Of a DNA stretch of 64,000 nucleotides, positions 36,101 to 50,000 are shown piece after piece. This DNA is from Okamejei kenojei (lineage: Eukaryota). A program made the translations under genes and the position numbers. Positions within the stretch are counted from its first letter, which is position 1. The number at the start of each line of letters is the position of its first letter. The stretch lies in assembly GCA_035221665.1 (NCBI GenBank), contig CM069166.1:558001-622000 (forward strand). Direction: 5' to 3'. The notes beneath the pieces were generated by a model, which was not told where the DNA came from, ran no database searches, and saw nothing but the letters and a program-made list of their open reading frames with translations.

Positions 36101-39100
36101 CCAACTATAATTCTATTTTCCCCCATCCCCATCTTTGAAAGGATATACTTATAATTTGGTATTGAGTAGTGTAGGTTTAAATATACACTGAGTTCAGTTG
36201 TCTTTGGGATTCTATACTGCTTAATTTTCCTTCCCAAACCAAATAGAACTTTAGAGATTGGGTAGAGTGGCACAAACTTGTATTGAGAAGATGAGCTGGT
36301 CTTTGTTTCAGTCTCACTGGCCATTGTTGACTAAAATCAAATCTGTCTTGATAGTTATAGCAGGCAAGTCATTTGGATTAGTTTGTCAGCCAGATGTAGA
36401 TAGATGTCCTGAGGCCACAGTGCAGAAGTTTAGGTGCTTTTTATAAGGTTGAACTACTGAAGACTGAAAAATGATGCCCTGTTGATTTGGTCCCCAGTAT
36501 ACAAATTGTACGGTGGCCTGATTGTGTGGTAACCAGGCACAGATGTTGCCCATACCGACATTACAAAGCACTGTGGTTGGTGTTGCAGCTACTGGTCAGT
36601 CATCAATGAGAAAGATCTGTTTATTTTTCTTGGAGACTGGAATGATGGATGTTTGTTTGAAGCGGATGGGAACACTAGACTAAAGTGAGAGGTTGGAGAT
36701 GTTAGTGAAGACTGGCCAGTTGATTGGCAAATGATTTTAAACTTGTTCTGGGACTCCATCTATGAATCTGTGCTGCAATACTGAAGCTCATGTGCATTCA
36801 TTTCAATGGAGCCAAATTAATTCTCTTGTACTGGAATTGGCGGATGAACATGTCCTGTGACTGGACCTTCTGTTTACTATTCACGTGTCTGCATTTGTTT
36901 CAAAGAATCCAATGTTTTTTTAAGAGTCAAGAGCTCTTTGTTTTAAGAAGGCTTCCACCCTAGAAGGTGTGTTATTTTTGTTTTGATTTTGATCCATACC
37001 AATTTTACATCTGCACTATTTAAATGCCATTTTGTTTGGAGGTCTGAATCATTTTCGTACATCTCCAATTTCACTTGTTAAAGTACATTAATGGAGATTT
37101 TTCAATTTGCTGTGTTATTGGTTTGCATCAAATGGTTTGCGTTTCACTGTACTGTTTCCTTATTGTCCTTTCACCAGATGATAAGGTTGGGCAGGTGGGG
37201 TGCGTCCATTTAATTCCATCCTTCTGTCAGTGTGATAAAGTTTCCAAGTAATTTGATTGATTAAACTACCAGCGCGCAGAGAGGCGTTGAGCTCCAGTAA
37301 ACCTTGACAAAGGAATCCCAACTCTGATAGAAAAAAATCATTCCTCCAGAGAGGGAAGGATGTCATTTCATATGGCTCGCAACAGTGACATGCCTTTTTG
37401 TTCTAAAGGATGTTATGACTCCTCGGGGGACAATTTGGATATTTTGGACTCCTTGGGGAACATGACTGCATGCAAGGACATGCAGTGGGGACGTGCTAAC
37501 TAATCCTGTTCTTTGATGCTGCCATCTTTCACCTCTTGAGTTTCTATTGATGAATGCATGTTCTGCGCTTCTCCCGCCATAGTGTGACCTCCATAGGCCA
37601 GCAACCATAAACCTGTGCTGTGTACATGATATTTAATATTTTCAGTCATAAATCTGGAAGGATTTGTTGGTCTTTTACATGTTGCAAAAATCTGCACATT
37701 TTGTCAGATCTGGTTTCAGCCCATGCTTAAAATAAGTAGTAATATTCTCTTTTTTAGCAAATCGATTAGCAGCCAGTGAGGATACACTTTGTTTTAAGCC
37801 TATTTGTCAGAATTTTTTTCTGATTCCAAAGTTCCGTTGTAGCTTCTCATGGTGCTCTGTTGGGCTAGGATGCAACAAGACACTTCATCTTGAACCGGAT
37901 GCAGGCCGAGACTCTGATGCATTTGTCTGAAGCTTTGGGTTCCCTTGCGTCTTGGACTTGGTGTGTAGTGCCCAATAGCACACTTGAGCGCACAGCCCTT
38001 TTGCACCTATAAATATTGCATGGACTTGTTTTGAAACCTGATTTGGAAATCTGATTGCAGTCGGTATCTCCTGATATTTGCTGTTAAACATGAATACCAT
38101 ATCTTGTGGCCATAGATCACTTTCTGGTTCAGCGATGTAAAATGAGATGGTGCTTTGCACCGGCAGTTTGTGGGCTTGCAGGGATTGCTTGAAAGGTGAC
38201 GGCATCAGGCCGTTGTTTACCCATCTCTGCCTAGTGACCGATTTGGTTTAGGAAAAGGTACATCATTTGTAGACATCAAATTATTACATTTTCCATTGGA
38301 AACTCCACAATGTCAGTAGTTTGATTGATAACTGCTTAAAAGCTTTACCTGTTCCTGTGCTCTGTATTTATTTCCACGCAACACTACTGTTCCACCAGCA
38401 CTCCTAGATGCGCTGGCTGACAGATGTATGTACTGGTGGCTTGCATAAGCACGCTGGCCAGAGCATAAAATCAAACACGGTATGTTTGAGTCGGTGAATA
38501 GTGCAAAGAATTGTGTTTTAAAGTGAGTTAAAGGGAAAGAAATGCTCATTGGAGAAGGCCAAAGCTATTGTCAAGGTATTTTTAAATGCTGTATATCAAA
38601 TCTTTCGTAAGCAAATGGGTAGTTGACATTTAACTCGTACATGCCACAAAAGCACCAGTTCAAGTTAAAAGAAGCTTTGTTTTTCAGCAACACATCGTTG
38701 TGCAAATCCAAATATTGGAAATGTTAGCGTTAAACTATAGAGCTGCCCGCTTCAACAGCTGATTCCTCAGTGCTCAAATTAGTGCTGATTTATCTGAACC
38801 TACATTGATCTATCTTGGCTGAATATTAGTTCGTTAACCTCCTTGGTCATATGTTTAAGTCCAACTCTAGAGATTTGAGCATAATTCATACTGACTGGTG
38901 TTCGGCATTGCAATCCATAGTGTCATATGGCAAGCAAATGTGCTTTTTGGCCCAACATATCCATGTCGACCAAGATGCTCCCATCTATGCTAGTCCCTTT
39001 TGCCAGCATTAGGTCTGAAACCTTCTAAACCTTTCCTGTCTATGAGTCTTAACTGCTGTTATTGTACCATTGTTGGATGTCAGAGCTATTCAACTGTGCC

Positions 39101-39327
39101 AGCCATTTAGGTTTGAATGGTCTCCTAAATAGGAATAAGGGAGTCACCCAGCTAACTGGTCTAATAATACTCCAACTCCTTGCTTGTTTCTCATTTTGCA
39201 CACGTTTTCCTCCTGCAATCTTGCCCACGTTGCAGTGTAGTTCAGTCATTGTACATTCCTTTAAGGATGTTCAGGAAGCTAAGTTTATGGGAATAACTTG
39301 CAGGAAGATGAAAGTAACCGAAAGGAG

Positions 39328-39426
39328 GTAGACAAAAATGCTGGAGAAACTCAGCGGGTGAGGCAGCATCTATGGAGCGAAGGAATAGGTGACATTTCGG
39401 GTCGAGACCCTTCTTCAGACGGGAGG
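39328..39426 (-). mobile_element. Short Penelope-like hammerhead repeat
   Basis: 14-bp TSD GTAACC(G/A)AAAGGAG at 39314-39327 and 39427-39440. Confidence 0.8.
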
Positions 39427-41139
39427 GTAACCAAAAGGAGAGTAATTCTCAAATACTATTGTATGCCCTTCTACTGTTTTACTGTTCAAAAATAATAGCA
39501 CTGTTATAATTAAAAAACAACTGGTGAGATGGACAATTTGGCAAAACATAATTATTTAGGTGAAAACAACTGCTTCAACTCTTCACCGTCCAAGAAGAAC
39601 AGAATGGGGATCTGCTGAGGTGTTGAGTCGAGTGGCTGGAGGATAGTTGCAGCAGCTTGAGACCTTCCTGCATCTCACACTTTCATGCTGCCAAGGATAA
39701 TTGCAGATGAACAGTAGTTCCCTTTACTATTGTCCGCAACAAAACCTAATCCTGTGCAACAGTCGAAACATTAGACCCGAGTGTTACATAACCAGTCTGA
39801 AAGTCTTTGCTGAGTGTATTTCCCCTCTTCCCCAACAGCCTGTTAGGATGGAGTGGAGATGCACTCTCTTAGTGGGCATTGTACAGAGTGACAGCAGGAG
39901 TAGAATGCATTGCCAGCTGGTAAATGCAATGTGTGCTAGATATTATGTGCACTCTTGACATTAACTACTGTAAACTGGAACTGTCAGTCAGAATGAATTT
40001 CACTTGTGCTATCTGTGCCTCACACTTTGCATATACAGTAGTGATAGTAAGCACACTGTCCACTTCTACATTGCACTTGTCTGCTTGCAATGAATTTCAG
40101 TCCTGCTAACACTTTCTCTACTTTATACAAAGCCCATTAAAGAAACTGTCACAGGTTTACAGCAAACCAAAAGTATCAATTTTGCACATTATACTGAGAA
40201 TTCAAAGTGCACTCTTTAAAATTGATTACACAGTACAGATCGACTTCAGTAATTCTTCAGAAAAAAAAGTGGCTGGTTAATTGGCAAGGTGTTAACCAGA
40301 GGTACAATGCATTAATTTGAATTTTCATAGTAATCCATTATTGCAGACAACTGCAAAATAGGAGTTTTGACTCCCTTTATGAATTTGATTGGAACAGCTG
40401 AGACCAGGGAACATAATATATGTGCACAAAATGAGGGCTTGTTTCTATATATTATAGTTAAAGACCAAAGCCACAATTGTTAGTTCATTCTATTTTCCAA
40501 TATACAGGAAGTTAACGCTGCATTGAAATGTAATAGCTCAATTTGTATGTAGGTAGAGTTGCACATGTTTATCTATAATTCAGTGTGCTGGCAACTGCTG
40601 AGGGGAGAGAATATTGCATTGTACCTTTTGCCTTTGGACAGAGCTGAGACAGCTGATTGATTGCTCCCCAAGGGTTGTGTAACTCCTGCTTCTCTCTCCC
40701 TCCCCACTGCACTCAGTGCGACTCAATAGACGTCCAGTAAACTAAAGACCAGTGTCATCTGTCTGCCATCGATTCATTTATTAAAACTAATTAGGAAAAA
40801 TGAGCTTCCAGCAGAGCCTGGGGATGGGTCTGTTCCTCCCGGGGAATGATGCTGATGGAGGTGCAATGTAGTGGCGTCAACTCCGCAGCTGACAGCATCA
40901 ATTACCTCCTCAACAAGGGAGGCATTTGTGAAAATTACATCAGTGCTTTTTCCCCTTTCTCCCTCCTTTCTTTCCTGGAACAAGTTACCTTTAGAGACTT
41001 AGAGGGTGCTATGAAGGTTTTTAAGCCTTCCCTTAATACCTGGTGACTGGACTTTGTTGGCCTTGCTTGACTGTAGGTGGGTAATGAGTTGACAAAGCTT
41101 TGGTGGTTGAAAAAGCTTAATTCCAGGATTTGTATTAGT

Positions 41140-42200
41140 CATGCATCATGTGAATAAGCCCTTTGGCCCGACTCATCCATGCTGTCCAAGATGACCAAAT
41201 ACATTTGGCATAACCCATATCATCTAAACTATTACTATCTATGCACCGGTCCAAATGACTTTTAAATTATATTATTTAATGTAATTATTCTACATGTCTC
41301 AACCACTTTTCATGGGAGCTCATTCCATACACGTGCGACCCTCTGAAGTAGTTGCCCCTCCGGTTCATATTAGATGCTTCCCATCACCTTGAGCCCATGG
41401 CATCCAGATTGTGACACACTCACCGTGAGGAAAAAGCCAGACCATTCACTGTCAAAGCTGCCACAGCCAGACAGAAACAGCTTTTTCCCACTAGTAGTAG
41501 CTCTACTCAATAACCAAAAATCTGTAGCCTCTTATTGCTCTGGTATTTTATTTAATTCACATGATTAATCGATAATGTTTTATTATTAATGTTTAAGTTT
41601 TGTGTGTCATTCCTAACTGTCACTATGTCACTTGCGGGTGGAGCACCAAGGCAAATTCCTTGTATATGAATACTTGGCCAATAAACGTATTCATATCATC
41701 ATATTATATCCACGTCAATCATGATTTTATACACCAAGATCACCGCTTGCTCTTCTGTCCTGCAAGGATTAAAGTCTTGACTGTTCAATCTCTATAGTTT
41801 TGTGCCTTATGTCCTGGTAACATCCTTCAATCTTTTTTGCACTCTCTCTCCAGCTTAATGACATCTTTAGGGTGACCAAAGTAAACCCAATACTCCAATT
41901 AGTCTCACCAATGTCTTGAAGAATTGCTGCAACCATCCAACCTCTGCACATGATGTGCTGATTAAAGATCAGTGTGTCAAAATCTTCCTTAACCATCCTG
42001 TCTACCTGAGACACTGCTTTTGAGGAACTAAGTAGTGTTCATAGTCCCTCTGTTCTAGAACACTCCCAAGGGCTCTGACTGACATTTTTGCAATGATTTG
42101 ATTTTCCCAAAGTGCAATGCTTGAATGAATTAAGCTCCATTTCCTGTTTGTATGGCCAGTTATCCACTGATCTAGATCCTGCTGTAATACTTGATAACGT
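41140..42200 (-). mobile_element. Decayed CR1 ORF2 3' region with a nested + strand retroposon tail (~41420-41700)
   Basis: Reverse CR1 3' UTR at ~41150-41370 and ORF2-like remnants at ~41720-42190; the insert ends gcaaattccttgtat..aatacttggccaataaa. Confidence 0.6.
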
Positions 42201-42479
42201 CACTATTTCATACTACTCAGTTTTAGTTTTGTTTATTGTCACATGTACTGAGGTACAGTGAAAAGCTTTTGTTGCATGCTAACCAGTCAGCAGAAAGACA
42301 AGACACGATTACAATCGAGCCATTCAGTGTATAGACACATGATAAGGGAATAAATTTAAGGGATACATGATAATGGAATAAAATATATCCTTGTCTTCAC
42401 ACATACATGATCTTATTCCTCAGGATCCCCATCCAGTAACATGCTGCAGATGTTGTGGTTACTAGTCTAGCTTCCATGC

Positions 42480-42740
42480 TTTGTCCCATCTAATTCCTGT
42501 CCTCACTAGCACATGACACTGTGTAATCCAGAGGTTGCTATCCTCGAGGTTCTTCTTTTCAATCTTTTGCCAATCTCCATATATTTGCTCTGTTGGACTG
42601 CATCCCTATTTCTACCCATGTCACTTGTACCGATGTGCACAACTACTTTGGGCTGTCTGCCTTGCCCCGTATTTCCTGCACCCACTCGGACATCCTTGAC
42701 CCTGGTACTAGGGATGCAACACCATTCCAGTTCTGTTCTA
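42480..42740 (-). mobile_element. CR1 ORF1 SGNH-esterase-like fragment
   Basis: Minus-strand translation VVHIGTSDMGRNRDAVQQSKYMEIGKRLKRRTSRIATSG resembles the VHxGTND esterase block. Confidence 0.65.
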
Positions 42741-43942
42741 GTCTGTCTCTCCCCTTAACATCTTCTAATGGCTGCATTTTTAATGTCTGCTAAAGACCAA
42801 CATATTACAGTGGTTCTATTGATTTGGTATATGAGATGTTAAATTTGGAACCATTCCCGAGGCTTTTCACTTGCATGCATTTGCCTAATCTGGGAATGGG
42901 TTGAGTATTGCTGGTTGTACTGTTCAGCTCTATCTGGGAGTCGGTTCAAATTAAGTTGTAGCAAACAAACCCAGTTTAACAATTTATATATTTAAATTGT
43001 TGTTGGCCTCAACTAAGCCTCGTTTCCACTGAATTTCTAAACCCTAGTGTTCCCCAACTCTGTAATTTACTTGTAATTCCCCAATGGATAGCTTTAGCAT
43101 TTACTCCATGTACACTACTCTATCTAACAGGTATCCAAACCAAAAAGACAGGTTATGGTTCGGTGTTACATATTTATGGAGTAATTAATATTTCAATACT
43201 AGATTTTCTGGAAGATATCTAAACTGGAATCCCTGTTTAAATAGTTTTTATTCTGTCGAGATTTGGGGCTGATTTTTAACATTTTTAGTATGGGTTTAGC
43301 CTAGCCAGAAACGTCAACTTTTGCAATGTTGTGCTTTTTGCTATTTTAATTCGTTACATTGGCAGGTTTTTAACCCTAATTCTGGGAAATCTGTGTCCGA
43401 GTCTAAATTTATGATGCCAGTGTTGTCTCCCTGGCGTGGCGTCAGTGTTTTTAAAGCTGTTTTTTTGGTGCACAAATCTGCTGGCAAAAGGGATAGCCAT
43501 GCAATGTGGGGCTGCTCTTGGATGCTGGTCACCCCAAAACTGAATTAAAATAGTGCTATTATGAAAGTGACAAGGTGCCCAAAATGTAGACTCTCTTTGT
43601 GCTACATTCTCATGTGATTGCTCCAAATTCCTCCCTGTGAAATGAAAGAAGGGAGACTTTCTCATTGGGTACATCTGGATGCAAGCCCAAACCTCACTTC
43701 ATCCGTTCTTGGCAGACTATTTGACGACAAGAGGCCAGGGAGATGTAACAATCTACCAAAAATCTTTGCATCCTATTTGTATGCGCGTTTACTGAAGCTG
43801 AGGTTGGATAATTGTCAGTTTTGTTTCCGTTCTATTTCCATTGGTACCCCAGTTTCTAACTTTATTGGGTTGCAAACCCTTGGAACCCACAATTCAGCAT
43901 GTTATTGAAGAGAGAATGCTGATTTGAAAGCTGCTTCAATAA

Positions 43943-44425
<483 letters not shown>

Positions 44426-45164
44426 TAATTTATAGGTGATCTTTAGCTGTTAAAACTCTTTAGACATCTGTTTCACAGTAAGCTCATTGTCATTATAATA
44501 CACCTTCTGTTTCACTTTTCGGGTGTTTCTTTACCTGCCTTTGCTCCTCCAGATGAGAAATTTATTTTTAGATTGGGATACATAAAAATGTTTTTTCGTT
44601 TCATGCTCGGAATTCAGTAAGATCTCGTATCTCGTGGTTAAAGCATGGCCTGAATTTAACCTACCTTAAATAAAACAAAGATCAATGTACTCAAGGAACT
44701 CGGCACGTCAGGCAGCATCTCTGGGGGGAGTGAGCAGGTGATGTTATTGGTCAGGTCACTTCTACCTTGAACTGGGATAAGAATTCAAAATACTACATAT
44801 TTGTCTTATTTGCCGTACACTATAAGCATCAATATGTTGCACGTTTGGGGTATCTTGGGACGTTCATCTCCTGGCTCCAGAGAAAATGGTTGAATCCAAT
44901 TCCTTATCACATTTTCTCAAATCCATGTAAACTGGAATTCCACTTACAAAATTGTTTCTAAATCATGCTGTTGAACAATTATGGATGCCATAACATAAAG
45001 TTAGTCTATAAATGCACTATTGGGGACATCTGCATAAATAAGAAATAAAGAATACAATGAAGTTAGATGTAATAGAGAGAAAATGGCTTGCAATGGGCAT
45101 AAACATGGTCCAGAACAGATGGCCCAAATGGCCTAAGGTTCATTATGTACTGAGTACTATTGGA

Positions 45165-45255
45165 GGTACACAAAAATGCTGGGGAAACTCAGCAGGTGCA
45201 GCAGCATCTATGGAGCAAAGGAAATGGGCAACCTTTGGGGCCGAAACCCTTCTTC
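45165..45255 (-). mobile_element. Short Penelope-like repeat
   Basis: 12-bp TSD AGTACTATTGGA at 45153-45164 and 45256-45267. Confidence 0.8.
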
Positions 45256-45519
45256 AGTACTATTGGAAGTTAGTTAAATAATTCTGTGTGTTGAAAATGT
45301 CATTATTACATTGAAATTGTGAATGAAGAGGTGAATGTAGCAATTATTCTGGAATACTGACCCATAGAGGCCAGTCAGTTTTATTCCCAGGAAGAGGAAT
45401 CTTGGAAAGCAGACTGCAAAATTATTTTGAATAGTCCCTTGAGTTTTTATCACCTGCCTAAGTTAGCAGAGACTAGATTAATGTCTGATGGAGGCATGAT
45501 GATGCTCGAATATTGAGCA

Positions 45520-45980
45520 AAAGCCAAACTGTTGGAGGGGTAGGTAGGAAGCAGGGTATCTGCAGAAGGACTTGGACAGGTTGGGAGAGTGCAAAGTGGC
45601 AGATGGAATATGGAGAGCAAAGTGTGCAGTCATGCACTTTGTTAGTAGGAATCAAAACATAGACTATTTTCTAAATGTGGAGAGGATTCAGAAATCAGAG
45701 ATGCACGGGGATTTGGGAGTGCTGGTGCAGGATTCCCAAAAGGTTAATCTGCAGGTTGAATCAGTAAGGAAGGCAAATGTAATGTTAGCATTTATTTTTA
45801 TTTCAAGCGGACTAGAATGTAAGAGAGATACAATGCTGAAACTTTACAGCACTGGTCAAATCTGGAGTATTGTGAGCAGGTTTGGTGAGGAGCGATGTGC
45901 TGGTGTTGGAGAGGGTCCAGAGATGGTTTATGAGAATGATCCCGGGGATGATTGGGTTAATGTATGATGAGCATTTGACA
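45520..45980 (+). mobile_element. CR1 ORF2 (post-RT) fragment, followed by a minus-strand SINE head (~45980-46055)
   Basis: LDRLGE..KCAVMHF..DLGVLVQDSQKV..KANVMLAFI..LERVQRWFMRMIPG, frameshifted. Confidence 0.85.
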
Positions 45981-46077
45981 GCACCCGAGAGTCGGGATCA
46001 ATCCTGGGTCTCTGGCGCTGTGAGGCAGCAACTCTACCGCTGTGCCACCGTGCCTATACATCTTCTGTTTAAACTAA

Positions 46078-46299
<222 letters not shown>

Positions 46300-46838
46300 T
46301 AGAACTCATTGATTTTGTCCCTATATTTTATTCTCCAATGCCCTTGCTACTTTTCAGCAATGCTAATGATTGATGTGAAAGAGCAGAGGTGATATTGAGG
46401 TTGGTGTCTTTATATGGTGGCTGAAGTTTACATGGCCATTTGCCGGCTTAGAAATTTAAGGAAGCTTTTTGTTTTTACAATGTGTTTTTATTTTCTTTTG
46501 AAAGTCAGATTTTGATTGAAGGCATTGATGTGCATGGTCCAACATGCATTGACAAGCCTCTGGCACCTTCATCAATCAACGAGTGATGAAGTTTTATCCC
46601 CATTTGGTGCATTTCAGTGTTGGGTTCTCCCACAAGTCTTCCAACCTTCATTATCACAGCCCCACTTTTGATGATCGGCTTATTTATCCGATGGGGCTCT
46701 CAACCCGAGACGCATCCTGATTTATCAAGTTCCGCATCAACCATGCAAGGATGCTGAATACATGTTTAATTGACCCCTGTGGCATTCTGGTGATTTAGTA
46801 GCAAATAGCTAATTACATGTGCCTGTCGTTGATGGTGA

Positions 46839-47063
<225 letters not shown>

Positions 47064-50000
47064 TAATAAGCATGCAGGTTTTTCCAAAAGAAGACTGTGC
47101 TGCAGTAACTCAGCAGGCCAGGCGAAGATGACCCACCAAGTTAATGCAGCACTTTGTGTCAATCAAACCAGCATCTGCAGATTCTTGTATCTCCTTTTTA
47201 ATGCAATTTCCAATGCCTCGTTGCAATTTTTTAGATTTAAGATTTTGCTCAACAGCTTCTACATGTTTTGCATTTTGAGGATGAATCTGTCTGAGAATTA
47301 CTGTTTTTATTGGATTAACTGAAGCAGGCATGAAATTATTTAGGTACTGGATGTCAACAGTTTTAAATTTGGCCAGCCAGTTAGCAGAGATTTTGTTTTT
47401 CCAATTAATTCTTTGATTTGGCTGCCACTGTACTGGCTGAGCAAGCACTAACTTGGAATGAGCAGTTCCAGCAGCAAGAAAGAAAATTGCTAATATTTTA
47501 AATAGACATTTTAGGCTAACGCATGCTACCAACTATTAGGACTTTGGAACCGTTTGCAGGATTGGGGATGGAAGTGTAAGAATGAAAATATTCACTTAGA
47601 ACATTTAATCAATCAGTGAGAAATAATCCCTTGTAGCATTAATCATGAATAAAAATCATCTTTCATTGTTAAGCACTATGGCATGATAGTGAATGATTAT
47701 TGATGTATGGCACCTGCTTCTCGAATACCATGGGAATCTTGAGGTTTACCAATATCAACAACTTTGAATCCGTAGCATTAGTGATGGAGCACATGTCACA
47801 ATGCAGCAGCCCCTAACATCTGTAGTGTACTGTTTGGCCACCTCACTTGTGCCTTGAGGGAAGTTTAACTCCAAACGTCTTGAACATATGAATCAAACAT
47901 GTGGTTATGTGTGACAGCATCAACTGTAGCCAAATGTGAATATTTTAAAGGTAATGTCTATTTAATATTTTTAAGTTAATTGTACACATCAAATGGGCAT
48001 GCATCCAGTGTCAAAACATAGAGCACCTTCAATATCCATATTTATGTAATGTGGATATTGAACTAAATTAAAAACAGAATGCAGGAAATATTTGGTAGCT
48101 TGGGCAGCATCTGCAGAAAGGTAAATCGTTATTTTGGGTTGAAAGCCTTCCATCAATGATTTTAAATTTCCTTGTTGATCAATAATTGCAAGGGTAATTA
48201 AACCAGATACTTAAATGGGCATAAAACAGACTGTTTTAATCATTTAGTTAGTTGTAAAGGAATCTTAAGGCAAAACAGAATTGTAGGTGTAAGACTGGAT
48301 TGTTTTCCGTATATGGGAATCCAGTGGCAGCTTCAGTTCGTGCCTGTGTAAGCTCTCTCTGCATTGCAGAGACCAGTGTACCAATATAGGGCAGCATTTG
48401 CCATCTCAGTATGTGACGTGCTGTTTCATTAATTGTACCTTGGGTTCTTGATCAGGAATGATCAGATGCCAGTATGTGTCGGTTTTCTGCTGTCATCCAT
48501 CTTTCTCAAAGTTGAATGTTAAACTGTTTCTCATTTTCACAAGGATGCCCACAGCTGGCATGGCCAAGTCAGTGATGACGCTATACCTGGCAGGATAAAT
48601 CAGGATATATGGTTTACACGAGGAAAACGTGACTGCATATAGTGACAATGTTAATCAAGGAGAGCAGGATTGATTGGATGATCCCCATGTCAATTTAGTC
48701 TCATATCTTTCTTTAATTTACAGAGACTATAAGTCTATGTCATAGACTTTTCCGTCCAGAATTGTCTGCTGGAACTGGCACTGTCGGGTATTAAAGCAAA
48801 GATTAGATTCAGCTTTTACTCATTTCATTGGTTTTGTTAAACCTGTCCCCCTCCATTAAGTTCCAGTAGAGAATAAAAAGGAATAGTTGCTTTGTGTAGT
48901 TACAGGACAGTAGCTAGTGGTTCAAATGTTCTCTGTAGCAAGGAGTATGGATGCTGAACGTTTTATTGACTATGTGGGGTTAAGGGTGATATCCAGGAGC
49001 AGGAGAAGAATGTGCGGAGTACAGAGGAGGTGGGGAAGAAATCCATTAGTCATTTTCTGCGTAGGAGCAGTCGAGTGTTCTCAGCTCCTTGCTATACTTG
49101 GACACGAGTGACGGTGTGACCCAATCCTGCTCCAACTCAATTCACAGGTTACCAGTTGCATGTAGATTAGTGCAGGGTCAATGAGATAGCAGATGAAAGA
49201 CCAGTGTAGGAAGAATAGCAATCAATTCATGGGGTATTGGTATCATTGGTCTGTTGGGGTATTCTGAAGCCTTGGTGAATTGAAGAATTGGGCTTGTAAT
49301 TTATTAAGACTATAATCCAAATGGTCCTGATGGGGGAGAGGGGAGGAAGAGGCACTCTGGTGGGATGTTTAGAGGCAAAGCACAGGGCTATGTAAGTTAA
49401 CCTGATTGAATAAAGCAAATAAACTAGTAAACCTTCAGCAAATAATCCATAGCAAAAATTTGGTACAAACATTAACATCTGTCAACAGAATGGGCAAAGC
49501 ATTTAATTGAGATAAATTAGTGAGATTTAATGGGCATTATATAATTATTGCTATGATTAAGTATTGCCGTTACTCCTGCATGTTTTGGAAGGAAGCAAAA
49601 TGGAAAAGGAGACAATCCTACAGTTTTGAATATACTTAATATGTATTTTTTAACAACTATTGAGATGATTAACAGCTAAATCTAATATTTGCATTAATAC
49701 CCTACACAGCCAGTTTCAGCAGCCAAATCTGGAGATAAAAATAGTGAAGTTTTGAATATGTAATAGTGAAATGAGCTTGTTCCCTTTATCCTGTCACTAG
49801 TTTGCTTTTGTGGTAGCAGTCAGTGTTATCTCTTGGAAGGTGGGTGGAGTTTGAACCAGGGATGATGGGATTTCTATGCAGTGCCCTGTGACGTTCCTCT
49901 CTTGGCCGCACCCAGTATGGGAATGCCATGCTCTGTTCCCAGCCAGCACAGGAGATTAGCAAACCAGACATATTTACATAGCCCGCTGTTGAGCTGTGTC

